A stretch of DNA of 64,000 nucleotides, from assembly GCA_964016885.1 (NCBI GenBank), contig OZ024740.1, positions 16,492,001 through 16,556,000 of the forward strand. The letters are read 5' to 3'. The position numbers and the translations under genes are program-made. Under the pieces are notes generated by a model that made no database searches, was not told the DNA's origin, and worked only from the letters and a program-made list of their open reading frames with translations. This document shows positions 1 to 13,900 of the stretch, piece by piece. The stretch comes from Eledone cirrhosa. Its lineage: Eukaryota. The first letter of the stretch is position 1; the number at the start of each line of letters is the position of its first letter.

Positions 1-799
1 CTTTGCAGGGAGAAATCAGTGTAAATATGGTGGCTTTTGGACAGAGGTTTACAGGGAGACATCAGAGTAAATATGGTGGCTTCTAGACGGAGGTTTACAG
101 GGAGACATCAGTGTAAATATGGTGGCTTCTGGATAGAGGTTTACAGGGAGACATCAGTGTAAATATGGTGGCTTCTGGACAGAGGTTTACAGGGAGACAT
201 TAGTGTAAATATGGTGGCTTCTGGACAGAGGTTTATAGGGAGATATCAGTGTTAATATGGTGGCTTCTGGACAGATGTTTACAGGGAGACATCAGTGTAA
301 ATATATTGGCTTCTAGACAGAGGTTTACAGGGAGACATCAGTGTAAATATAGTGGCTTCTGGAGAGAGGATTACAGGGAGGCATCAGTGTAAATATGGTG
401 GCTTCTAGACAGAGATTTACAGGGACACATCAGAGTAAATATGGTGGCTTCTAGATAGAGGTTTACAGGGAGACAACAGTGTAAATATGGTGGCTTCTAG
501 ACAGAGGTTTACAGGGAGACATCAGTGTAAATATGGTGGCTTCTAGACAGAGCTTTACAGGGAGATATCAGAGTAAATATGGTGGCTTCTAGACAAAGCA
601 TTACAGGGAGACATCAGTGTAAATATGATGGCTTCTAGACAGAGGTTTACTAGGAAACATCAGTGTAAATATGGTGGCTTCTAGACAAAGCTTTACAGGG
701 AGACATCAGTGTAAATATGGTGGCTTCTAGACAGAGTTTTACAGGGAGACATCAGTGTAAATATGGTGGCTTCTGGACAGAGGTTTACAGGGAGATATC

Positions 800-3700
800 A
801 GTGTAAATATGGTGGCTTCTAGACAGAGCTTTGCAGGGAAAAATCAGTGTAAATATGGTGGCTTTTGGACAGACGTTTACAGGGAGACATCAGAGTAAAT
901 ATGGTGGCTTCTAGACGGAGGTTTACAGGGAGACATCAGTGTAAATATGGTGGCTTCTGGATAGAGGTTTACAGGGAGACATCAGTGTAAATATGGTGGC
1001 TTCTGAACAGAGGTTTACAGGGAGACATTAGTGTAAATATGGTGGCTTCTAGACAGAGGTTTACTAGGAAACATCAGTGTAAATATGGTGGCTTCTAGAC
1101 AAAGCTTTACAGGGAGACATCAGTGTAACTATGGTGGCTTCTAGACAGAGCTTTACAGGGAGACATCAGTGTAAATATGGTGGCTTCTGGACAGAGGTTT
1201 ACAGGGAGATATCAGTGTAAATATGGTGGCTTCTAGACAGAGCTTTGCAGGGAGAAATCAGTGTAAATATGGTGGCTTTTGGACAGAGGTTTACAGGGAG
1301 ACATCAGAGTAAATATGGTGGCTTCTAGACGGAGGTTTACAGGGAGACATCAGTGTAAATATGGTGGCTTCTGGATAGAGGTTTATAGGGAGATATCAGT
1401 GTTAATATGGTGGCTTCTGGACAGAGGTTTACAGGGAGACATCAGTGTAAATGTGGTGGCATCTGGACAGAGGTTTACAGGGAGACATCAGTGTAAATAT
1501 GGTGTCTTCTGGACAGAGCTTTACAGGTTGATATCAGAGTAAATATGGTGGCTTCTAGACAAAGCTTTACAGGGAGACATCAGTGTAAATATGGTGGCTT
1601 CTAGACAGAGGTTTACTGGGAGACATCAGTGTAAATATGGTGGCTTCTAGACAAAGTTTTACAGGGAGACATCAGTGTAAATATGGTGGCTTCTAGACAG
1701 AGCTTTACAGGGAGACATTAGTGTAAATATGGTGGCTTCTAGTCAGAGCTTTACAGGGAGATATCAGAGTAAATATGGTGGCTTCTAGACAAAGCTTTAC
1801 AGGGAGACATCAGTGTAAATATGGTGGCTTCTAGACAGAGGTATACTGGGAGACATCAGTGTAAATATGGTGGCTTCTAGACAAAGTTTTACAGGGAGAC
1901 ATCAGGGTAAATATGGTGGCTTCTGGACAGAGGTTTACAGGGAGACATTAGTGTAAATATGGTGGCTTCTGGACAGAGGTTTATAGGGAGATATCAGTGT
2001 TAATATGGTGGCTTCTGGACAGAGGTTTACAGGGAGACATCAGTGTAAATGTGGTGGCATCTGGACAGAGGTTTACAGGGAGACATCAGTGTAAATATGG
2101 TGTCTTCTGGACAGAGCTTTACAGGTTGATATCAGAGTAAATATGGTGGCTTCTAGACAAAGCTTTACAGGGAGACATCAGTGTAAATATGGTGGCTTCT
2201 AGACAGAGGTTTACTGGGAGACATCAGTGTAAATATGGTGGCTTCTAGACAAAGTTTTACAGGGAGACATCAGTGTAAATATGGTGGCTTCTAGACAGAG
2301 CTTTACAGGGAGACATTAGTGTAAATATGGTGGCTTCTAGTCAGAGCTTTACAGGGAGATATCAGAGTAAATATGGTGGCTTCTAGACAAAGCTTTACAG
2401 GGAGACATCAGTGTAAATATGGTGGCTTCTAGACAGAGGTATACTGGGAGACATCAGTGTAAATATGGTGGCTTCTAGACAAAGTTTTACAGGGAGACAT
2501 CAGTGTAAATATGGTGGCTTCTAGACAGAGCTTTACAGGGAGACATCAGTGTAAATATGATGGCTTCTAGACAGAGCTTTACAGGGAGACATCAGTGTAA
2601 AAATAGTTGCTTCTGGACGGAGCTTTACAGGGAGACAACAGTGTAAATATGGTGGCTTCTAGACAGAGCTTTACAGGGAGACATCAGAGTAAAAAATAGT
2701 TGCTTCTGGACAGAAGTTTACAGGGAGACATCATTGTAAATATGGTGGCTTCTGGACAGAGCTTTACAGGGAGACATCAGTGTAAATATAGTGGCTTCTG
2801 GAGAGAGGATTACAGGGAGACATCAGTGTAAATATGGTGGCTTCTAGACAGAGATTTACAGGGACACATCAGAGTAAATATGGTGGCTTCTGGACAGAGG
2901 TTTACAGGGAGATATCAGTGTAAATATGGTGGCTTCTAGACAGAGGTTTACAGGGAGACATCAGTGTAAATATGGTGGCTTCTAGACAGAGCTTTACAGG
3001 GAGATATCAGAGTAAATATGGTGGCTTCTAGACAAAGCATTACAGGGAGACATCAGTGTAAATATGGTGGCTTCTAGACAGAGGTTTACTGGGAAACATC
3101 AGTGTAAATATGGTGGCTTCTAGACAAAGCTTTACAGGGAGACATCAGTGTAAATATGGTGGCTTCTAGACAGAGCTTTACAGGGAGACATCAGTGTAAA
3201 TATGGTGGCTTCTGGACAGAGGTTTACAGGGAGATATCAGTGTAAATATGGTGGCTTCTAGACAGAGCTTTGCAGGGAGAAATCAGTGTAAATATGGTGG
3301 CTTTTAGACAGAGGTTTACAGGGAGACATCAGAGTAAATATGGTGGCTTCTAGACGGAGGTTTACAGGGAGACATCAGTGTAAATATGGTGGCTTCTGGA
3401 TAGAGGTTTACAGGGAGACATCAGTGTAAATATGGTGGCTTCTGGACAGAGGTTTACAGGGAGACATTAGTGTAAATATGGTGGCTTCTGGACAGAGGTT
3501 TATAGGGAGATATCAGTGTTAATATGGTGGCTTCTGGACAGAGGTTTACAGGGAGACATCAGTGTAAATGTGGTGGCATCTGGACAGAGGTTTACATGGA
3601 GACATCAGTGTAAATATGGTGTCTTCTGGACAGAGCTTTACAGGTTGATATCAGAGTAAATATGGTGGCTTCTAGACAAAGCTTTACAGGGAGACATCAG

Positions 3701-6700
3701 TGTAAATATGGTGGCTTCTAGACAGAGGTTTACTGGGAGACATCAGTGTAAATATGGTGGCTTCTAGACAAAGTTTTACAGGGAGACATCAGTGTAAATA
3801 TGGTGGCTTCTAGACAGAGCTTTACAGCGAGACATTAGTGTAAATATGGTGGCTTCTAGTCAGAGCTTTACGGGGAGATATCAGAGTAAATATGGTGGCT
3901 TCTAGACAAAGCTTTACAGGGAGACATCAGTGTAAATATGGTGGCTTCTAGACAGAGGTATACTGGGAGACATCAGTGTAAATATGGTGGCTTCTAGACA
4001 AAGTTTTACAGGGAGACATCAGTGTAAATATGGTGGCTTCTAGACAGAGCTTTACAGGGAGACATCAGTGTAAATATGATGGCTTCTAGACAGAGCTTTA
4101 CAGGGAGACATCAGTGTAAAAATAGTTGCTTCTGGACGGAGCTTTACAGGGAGACAACAGTGTAAATATGGTGGCTTCTAGACAGAGCTTTGCAGGGAAA
4201 AATCAGTGTTAGTATGGTGGCTTTTGGACAGACGTTTACAGGGAGACATCAGAGTAAATATGGTGGCTTCTAGACGGAGGTTTACAGGGAGACATCAGTG
4301 TAAATATGGTGGCTTCTGGATAGAGGTTTACAGGGAGACATCAGTGTAAATATGGTGGCTTCTGAACAGAGGTTTACAGGGAGACATTAGTGTAAATATG
4401 GTGGCTTCTAGACAGAGGTTTACTAGGAAACATCAGTGTAAATATGGTGGCTTCTAGACAAAGCTTTACAGGGAGACATCAGTGTAAATATGGTGGCTTC
4501 TAGACAGAGCTTTACAGGGAGACATCAGTGTAAATATGGTGGCTTCTGGACAGAGGTTTACAGGGAGATATCAGTGTAAATATGGTGGCTTCTAGACAGA
4601 GCTTTGCAGGGAGAAATCAGTGTAAATATGGTGGCTTTTGGACAGAGGTTTACAGGGAGACATCAGAGTAAATATGGTGGCTTCTAGACGGAGGTTTACA
4701 GGGAGACATCAGTGTAAATATGGTGGCTTCTGGATAGAGGTTTATAGGGAGATATCAGTGTTAATATGGTGGCTTCTGGACAGAGGTTTACAGGGAGACA
4801 TCAGTGTAAATGTGGTGGCATCTGGACAGAGGTTTACAGGGAGACATCAGTGTAAATATGGTGTCTTCTGGACAGAGCTTTACAGGTTGATATCAGAGTA
4901 AATATGGTGGCTTCTAGACAAAGCTTTACAGGGAGACATCAGTGTAAATATGGTGGCTTCTAGACAGAGGTTTACTGGGAGACATCAGTGTAAATATGGT
5001 GGCTTCTAGACAAAGTTTTACAGGGAGACATCAGTGTAAATATGGTGGCTTCTAGACAGAGCTTTACAGGGAGACATTAGTGTAAATATGGTGGCTTCTA
5101 GTCAGAGCTTTACAGGGAGATATCAGAGTAAATATGGTGGCTTCTAGACAAAGCTTTACAGGGAGACATCAGTGTAAATATGGTGGCTTCTAGACAGAGG
5201 TATACTGGGAGACATCAGTGTAAATATGGTGGCTTCTAGACAAAGTTTTACAGGGAGACATCAGTGTAAATATGGTGGCTTCTGGACAGAGGTTTACAGG
5301 GAGACATTAATGTAAATATGGTGGCTTCTGGACAGAGGTTTATAGGGAGATATCAGTGTTAATATGGTGGCTTCTGGACAGAGGTTTACAGGGAGACATC
5401 AGTGTAAATGTGGTGGCATCTGGACAGAGGTTTACAGGGAGACATCAGTGTAAATATGGTGTCTTCTGGACAGAGCTTTACAGGTTGATATCAGAGTAAA
5501 TATGGTGGCTTCTAGACAAAGCTTTACAGGGAGACATCAGTGTAAATATGGTGGCTTCTAGACAGAGGTTTACTGGGAGACATCAGTGTAAATATGGTGG
5601 CTTCTAGACAAAGTTTTACAGGGAGACATCAGTGTAAATATGGTGGCTTCTAGACAGAGCTTTACAGGGAGACATTAGTGTAAATATGGTGGCTTCTAGT
5701 CAGAGCTTTACAGGGAGATATCAGAGTAAATATGGTGGCTTCTAGACAAAGCTTTACAGGGAGACATCAGTGTAAATATGGTGGCTTCTAGACAGAGGTA
5801 TACTGGGAGACATCAGTGTAAATATGGTGGCTTCTAGACAAAGTTTTACAGGGAGACATCAGTGTAAATATGGTGGCTTCTAGACAGAGCTTTACAGGGA
5901 GACATCAGTGTAAATATGATGGCTTCTAGACAGAGCTTTACAGGGAGACATCAGTGTAAAAATAGTTGCTTCTGGACGGAGCTTTACAGGGAGACAACAG
6001 TGTAAATATGGTGGCTTCTAGACAGAGCTTTACAGGGAGACATCAGAGTAAAAAATAGTTGCTTCTGGACAGAAGTTTACAGGGAGACATCATTGTAAAT
6101 ATGGTGGCTTCTGGACAGAGCTTTACAGGGAGACATCAGTGTAAATATAGTGGCTTCTGGAGAGAGGATTACAGGGAGACATCAGTGTAAATATGGTGGC
6201 TTCTAGTCAGAGATTTACAGGGACACATCAGAGTAAATATGGTGGCTTCTGGACAGAGGTTTACAGGGAGATATCAGTGTAAATATGGTGGCTTCTAGAC
6301 AGAGGTTTACAGGGAGACATCAGTGTAAATATGGTGGCTTCTAGACAGAGCTTTACAGGGAGATATCAGAGTAAATATGGTGGCTTCTAGACAAAGCATT
6401 ACAGGGAGACATCAGTGTAAATATGGTGGCTTCTAGACAGAGGTTTACTGGGAAACATCAGTGTAAATATGGTGGCTTCTAGACAAAGCTTTACAGGGAG
6501 ACATCAGTGTAAATATGGTGGCTTCTAGACAGAGCTTTACAGGGAGACATCAGTGTAAATATGGTGGCTTCTGGACAGAGGTTTACAGGGAGATATCAGT
6601 GTAAATATGGTGGCTTCTAGACAGAGCTTTGCAGGGAGAAATCAGTGTAAATATGGTGGCTTTTAGACAGAGGTTTACAGGGAGACATCAGTGTAAATAT

Positions 6701-7460
6701 GGTGGCTTCTGGATAGAGGTTTACAGGGAGACATCAGTGTAAATATGGTGGCTTCTGGACAGAGGTTTACAGGGAGACATTAGTGTAAATATGGTGGCTT
6801 CTGGACAGAGGTTTATAGGGAGATATCAGTGTTAATATGGTGGCTTCTGGACAGAGGTTTACAGGGAGACATCAGTGTAAATGTGGTGGCATCTGGACAG
6901 AGCTTTACAGGTTGATATCAGAGTAAATATGGTGGCTTCTAGACAAAGCTTTACAGGGAGACATCAGTGTAAATATGGTGGCTTCTAGACAGAGGTTTAC
7001 TGGGAGACATCAGTGTAAATATGGTGGCTTCTAGACAAAGTTTTACAGGGAGACATCAGTGTAAATATGGTGGCTTCTAGACAGAGCTTTACAGGGCGAC
7101 ATTAGTGTAAATATGGTGGCTTCTAGTCAGAGCTTTACGGGGAGATATCAGAGTAAATATGGTGGCTTCTAGACAAAGCTTTACAGGGAGACATCAGTGT
7201 AAATATGGTGGCTTCTAGACAGAGGTATACTGGGAGACATCAGTGTAAATATGGTGGCTTCTAGACAAAGTTTTACAGGGAGACATCAGTGTAAATATGG
7301 TGGCTTCTAGACAGAGCTTTACAGGGAGACATCAGTGTAAATATGATGGCTTCTAGACAGAGCTTTACAGGGAGACATCAGTGTAAAAATAGTTGCTTCT
7401 GGACGGAGCTTTACAGGGAGACAACAGTGTAAATATGGTGGCTTCTAGACAGAGCTTTAC
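800..7460. repeat. Tandem higher-order duplication of about 73 monomers (3,359 bp)
   Basis: Identical ORF-track peptides at 1279 and 4638 give an offset of 3359 = 73x46+1. The +1 is the 47-bp AGTAAAAAATAGTTG monomer at ~2690 (copy at ~6050). The rare AGACGTTTAC variant occurs at ~871 and ~4230. The offset falls to 3267 near the end, so the second copy lacks two monomers. Confidence 0.9.
1383..2520. repeat. 13-monomer (598-bp) tandem duplication nested in the 73-mer, repeated at ~4742-5880
   Basis: TTATAGG...GTTAAT starts at 1383 and 1981, and at 4742 and 5340 (offset 598 = 13x46). The same ordered variants follow in each: GGCATC, GTGTCT/CAGGTTGAT, TACTGGG, TCTAGTC, GGTATACT. Confidence 0.9.
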
Positions 7461-7696
7461 AGGGAGACATCAGTGTAAAAATGGTTGCTTCTGGACAGAA
7501 GTTTACAGGGAGACATCATTGTAAATATGGTGGCTTCTGGACAGATGTTTACAGGGAGACATCAGTGTAAATATATTGGTTTCTAGACAGAGGTTTACAG
7601 GGAGACATCAGTGTAAATATAGTGGCTTCTGGAGAGAGGATTACAGGGAGGCATCAGTGTAAATATGGTGGCTTCTAGACAGAGATTTACAGGGAC

Positions 7697-10600
7697 ACAT
7701 CAGAGTAAATATGGTGGCTTCTAGATAGAGGTTTACAGGGAGACAACAGTGTAAATATGGTGGCTTCTAGACAGAGATTTACAGGGAGACATCTGTGTAA
7801 ATATGGTGGCTTCTGGACAGAGGTTTACAGGGAGATATCAGTTTAAATATGGTGGCTTCTAGACAGAGGTTTACAGGGAGACATCAATGTAAATATGGTG
7901 GCTTCTAGACAGAGCTTTACAGGGAGATATCAGAGTAAATATGGTGGCTTCTAGACAAAGCATTACAGGGAGACATCAGTGTAAATATGGTGGCTTCTAG
8001 ACAGAGGTTTACTAGGAAACATCAGTGTAAATATGGTGGCTTCTAGACAAAGCTTTACAGGGAGACATCAGTGTAAATATGGTGGCTTCTAGACAGAGTT
8101 TTACAGGGAGACATCAGTGTAAATATGGTGGCTTCTGGACAGAGGTTTACAGGGAGATATCAGTGTAAATATGGTGGCTTCTAGACAGAGCTTTGCAGGG
8201 AAAAATCAGTGTAAATATGGTGGCTTTTGGACAGAGGTTTACAGGGAGACATCAGAGTAAATATGGTGGCTTCTAGACGGAGGTTTACAGGGAGACATCA
8301 GTGTAAATATGGTGGCTTCTGGATAGAGGTTTACAGGGAGACATCAGTGTAAATATGGTGGCTTCTGAACAGAGGTTTACAGGGAGACATTAGTGTAAAT
8401 ATGGTGGCTTCTAGACAGAGGTTTACTAGGAAACATCAGTGTAAATATGGTGGCTTCTAGACAAAGCTTTACAGGGAGACATCAGTGTAAATATGGTGGC
8501 TTCTAGACAGAGCTTTACAGGGAGACATCAGTGTAAATATGGTGGCTTCTGGACAGAGGTTTACAGGGAGATATCAGTGTAAATATGGTGGCTTCTAGAC
8601 AGAGCTTTGCAGGGAGAAATCAGTGTAAATATGGTGGCTTTTGGACAGAGGTTTACAGGGAGACATCAGAGTAAATATGGTGGCTTCTAGACGGAGGTTT
8701 ACAGGGAGACATCAGTGTAAATATGGTGGCTTCTGGATAGAGGTTTACAGGGAGACATCAGTGTAAATATGGTGGCTTCTGGACAGAGGTTTACAGGGAG
8801 ACATTAGTGTAAATATGGTGGCTTCTGGACAGAGGTTTATAGGGAGATATCAGTGTGAATATGGTGGCTTCTGGACAGAGGTTTACAGGGAGACATCAGT
8901 GTAAATGTGGTGGCATCTGGACAGAGGTTTACAGGGAGACATCAGTGTAAATATGGTGTCTTCTGGACAGAGGTTTACAGGGAGATATCAGTGTAAATAT
9001 GGTGGCTTCTAGACAGAGCTTTGCAGGGAGAAATCAGTGTAAATATGGTGGCTTTTGGACAGAGGTTTACAGGGAGACATCAGAGTAAATATGGTGGCTT
9101 CTAGACGGAGGTTTACAGGGAGACATCAGTGTAAATATGGTGGCTTCTGGATAGAGGTTTACAGGGAGACATCAGTGTAAATATGGTGGCTTCTGGACAG
9201 AGGTTTACAGGGAGACATTAGTGTAAATATGGTGGCTTCTGGACAGAGGTTTATAGGGAGATATCAGTGTGAATATGGTGGCTTCTGGACAGAGGTTTAC
9301 AGGGAGACATCAGTGTAAATGTGGTGGCATCTGGACAGAGGTTTACAGGGAGACATCAGTGTAAATATGGTGTCTTCTGGACAGAGCTTTACAGGTTGAT
9401 ATCAGAGTAAATATGGTGGCTTCTAGACAAAGCTTTACAGGGAGACATCAGTGTAAATATGGTGGCTTCTAGACAGAGGTTTACTGGGAGACATCAGTGT
9501 AAATATGGTGGCTTCTAGACAAAGTTTTACAGGGAGACATCAGAGTAAATATGGTGGCTTCTAGATAGAGGTTTACAGGGAGACAACAGTGTAAATATGG
9601 TGGCTTCTAGACAGAGATTTACAGGGAGACATCTGTGTAAATATGGTGGCTTCTGGACAGAGGTTTACAGGGAGATATCAGTTTAAATATGGTGGCTTCT
9701 AGACAGAGGTTTACAGGGAGACATCAATGTAAATATGGTGGCTTCTAGACAGAGCTTTACAGGGAGATATCAGAGTAAATATGGTGGCTTCTAGACAAAG
9801 CATTACAGGGAGACATCAGTGTAAATATGGTGGCTTCTAGACAGAGGTTTACTAGGAAACATCAGTGTAAATATGGTGGCTTCTAGACAAAGCTTTACAG
9901 GGAGACATCAGTGTAAATATGGTGGCTTCTAGACAGAGTTTTACAGGGAGACATCAGTGTAAATATGGTGGCTTCTGGACAGAGGTTTACAGGGAGATAT
10001 CAGTGTAAATATGGTGGCTTCTAGACAGAGCTTTGCAGGGAAAAATCAGTGTAAATATGGTGGCTTTTGGACAGAGGTTTACAGGGAGACATCAGAGTAA
10101 ATATGGTGGCTTCTAGACGGAGGTTTACAGGGAGACATCAGTGTAAATATGGTGGCTTCTGGATAGAGGTTTACAGGGAGACATCAGTGTAAATATGGTG
10201 GCTTCTGAACAGAGGTTTACAGGGAGACATTAGTGTAAATATGGTGGCTTCTAGACAGAGGTTTACTAGGAAACATCAGTGTAAATATGGTGGCTTCTAG
10301 ACAAAGCTTTACAGGGAGACATCAGTGTAAATATGGTGGCTTCTAGACAGAGCTTTACAGGGAGACATCAGTGTAAATATGGTGGCTTCTGGACAGAGGT
10401 TTACAGGGAGATATCAGTGTAAATATGGTGGCTTCTAGACAGAGCTTTGCAGGGAGAAATCAGTGTAAATATGGTGGCTTTTGGACAGAGGTTTACAGGG
10501 AGACATCAGAGTAAATATGGTGGCTTCTAGACGGAGGTTTACAGGGAGACATCAGTGTAAATATGGTGGCTTCTGGATAGAGGTTTACAGGGAGACATCA

Positions 10601-10970
10601 GTGTAAATATGGTGGCTTCTGGACAGAGGTTTACAGGGAGACATTAGTGTAAATATGGTGGCTTCTGGACAGAGGTTTATAGGGAGATATCAGTGTGAAT
10701 ATGGTGGCTTCTGGACAGAGGTTTACAGGGAGACATCAGTGTAAATGTGGTGGCATCTGGACAGAGGTTTACAGGGAGACATCAGTGTAAATATGGTGTC
10801 TTCTGGACAGAGCTTTACAGGTTGATATCAGAGTAAATATGGTGGCTTCTAGACAAAGCTTTACAGGGAGACATCAGTGTAAATATGGTGGCTTCTAGAC
10901 AGAGGTTTACTGGGAGACATCAGTGTAAATATGGTGGCTTCTAGACAAAGTTTTACAGGGAGACATCAGT
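7697..10970. repeat. Tandem duplication of a 31-monomer block whose first copy contains an extra 9-monomer (414-bp) duplication
   Basis: AGACAACAGT at 7741 and 9581 (offset 1840 = 40x46). TTATAGG..GTGAAT at 8837, 9251 (414 = 9x46) and 10677. Later markers are offset by 1426 = 31x46. Confidence 0.85.
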
Positions 10971-13900
10971 GTAAATATGGTGGCTTCTAGACAGAGCTTT
11001 ACAGGGAGACATTAGTGTAAATATGGTGGCTTCTAGTCAGAGCTTTACAGGGAGATATCAGAGTAAATATGGTGGCTTCTAGACAAAGCTTTACAGGGAG
11101 ACATCAGTGTAAATATGGTGGCTTCTAGACAGAGGTATACTGGGAGACATCAGTGTAAATATGGTGGCTTCTAGACAAAGTTTTACAGGGAGACATCAGT
11201 GTAAATATGGTGGCTTCTAGACAGAGCTTTACAGGGAGACATCAGTGTAAAAAATAGTTGCTTCTGGACAGAAGTTTACAGGGAGACATCATTGTAAATA
11301 TGGTGGCTTCTGGACAGATGTTTACAGGGAGACATCAGTGTAAATATATTGGCTTCTAGACAGAGGTTTACAGGTAGACATCAGTGTAAATATGGTGGCT
11401 TCTGGATAGAGGTTTACAGGGAGACATCAGTGTAAATATGGTGGCTTCTGGACAGAGGTTTACAGGGAGACATCAGTGTAAATATGGTGGCAGCTGGACA
11501 GAGGTTTACAGGGACACATCAGTGTAAATATGGTGGCTTCTGGTCAGAGCTTTACAGGGAGACATCAGTGGTGTAAATATGGTGGCTTCTGGACAGAGAT
11601 TTACAGGGAGACATCAGTGTAAATATGGTGGCATCTGGACAAAGGTTTACAGGGACACATCAGTGTAAATATGGTGGCTTCTAGACAGAGCTTTACAGGG
11701 AGATATCAGAGTAAATATGGTGGCTTCTAGACAGAGCTTTACAGGGAGATATCAGAGTAAATATGGTGGCTTCTAGACAAAGCTTTACAGGGAGACATCA
11801 GTGTAAATATGGTGGCTTCTAGACAGGTTTACTGGGAGACATCAGTGTAAATATCTTGGCTTCTAGACAAAGCTTTACAGGGAGACATCAGTGTAAATAT
11901 GGTGGCTTCTAGACAGAGCTTTACAGGGACACATCAGTGTAAATATGGTGGCTTCTAGACAGAGCTTTACAGGGAGACATCAGTGTAAATATGGTGGCTT
12001 CTAGACAAAGCTTTACAGGGAGACATCAGTGTAAATATGGTGGCTTCTAGACAAAGCTTTACAGGAAGACATTAGTGTAAATATGGTGGCATCTGGACAA
12101 AGGTTTACAGGGACACATCAGTGTAAATATGGTGGCTTCTGGACAGATGTTTACAGGGAGACATCAGTGTAAATATATTGGCTTCTAGACAGAGTTTTAC
12201 AGGGAGACATCAGTGTAAATATGGTGGCTTGTGGATAGAGGTTTACAGGGAGACATCAGTGTAAATATAATGGCTTCTGGACAGAGGTTTACAGGGAGAC
12301 ATCAGTGTAAATATGGTGGCAGCTGGACAGAGGTTTACAGGGACACATCAGTGTAAATATGGTGGCTTCTGGACAGAGCTTTACAGGGAGACATCAGTGG
12401 TGTAAATATGGTGGCTTCTGGACAGAGATTTACAGGGAGACATTAGTGTAAATATGGTGGCTTCTAGACAGAGCTTTACAGGGAGATATCAGAGTGAATA
12501 TGGTGGCTTCTGGACAGAAGTTTACAGGGAGATATCAGTGTAAATATGGTGGCTTCTAGACAGAGCTTTACAGGGAGATATCAGTGTAAATATGGTGGCT
12601 TCTAGACGGAGGTTTACAGGGAGATATCAGTGTAAATATGGTGTCTTCTGGACAGAGATTTACAGGGAGATATCAGAGTAAATATGGTGGCTTCTGGACA
12701 GAGCTTTACAGGGAGACATCAGTGTAAATATAGTGGCTTCTGGAGAGAGGATTTCAGGGAGACATCAGTGTAAATATGGTGGCTTCTAGACAGAGATTTA
12801 CAGGGACACATCAGAGTAAATATGGTGGCTTCTGGACAGAGATTTACAGGGACACATCAGAGTAAATATGGTGGCTTCTGGACAGAGGTTTACAGGGAGA
12901 TATCAGTGTAAATATGGTGGCTTCTAGACAGAGGTTTACAGGGAGACATCAGTGTAAATATGGTGGCTTCTAGACAGAGCTTTACAGGGAGATATCAGAG
13001 TAAATATGGTGGCTTCTAGACAAAGCATGACAGGGAGACATCAGTGTAAATATGGTGGCTTCTAGACAAGGCTTTACAGGGAGACATCAGTGTAAATATG
13101 GTGGCTTCTTGACAGAGCTTTACAGGGAGACATCAGTGTAAATATAGTGGCTTCTGGAGAGAGGATTACAGGGAGACATCAGTGTAAATATGGTGGCTTC
13201 TAGACAGAGATTTACAGGGACACATCAGAGTAAATATGGTGGCTTCTGGACAGAGGTTTACAGGGAGATATCAGTGTAAATATGGTGGCTTCTAGAAAGA
13301 GGTTTACAGGGAGACATCAGTGTAAATATGGTGGCTTCTAGACAGAGCTTTACAGGGAGATATCAGAGTAAATATGGTGGCTTCTAGACAAAGCATTACA
13401 GGGAGACATCAGTGTAAATATGGTGGCTTCTAGACAGAGGTTTACTGGGAAACATCAGTGTAAATATGGTGGCTTCTAGACAAAGCTTTACAGGGAGACA
13501 TCAGTGTAAATATGGTGGCTTCTAGACAGAGCTTTACAGGGAGACATCAGTGTAAATATGGTGGCTTCTGGACAGAGGTTTACAGGGAGATATCAGTGTA
13601 AATATGGTGGCTTCTAGACAGAGCTTTGCAGGGAGAAATCAGTGTAAATATGGTGGCTTTTGGACAGAGGTTTACAGGGAGACATCAGAGTAAATATGGT
13701 GGCTTCTAGACGGAGGTTTACAGGGAGACATCAGTGTAAATATGGTGGCTTCTGGATAGAGGTTTACAGGGAGACATCAGTGTAAATATGGTGGCTTCTG
13801 GACAGAGGTTTACAGGGAGACATTAGTGTAAATATGGTGGCTTCTCGACAGAGGTTTATAGGGAGATATCAGTGTTAATATGGAGGCTTCTGGACAGAGG

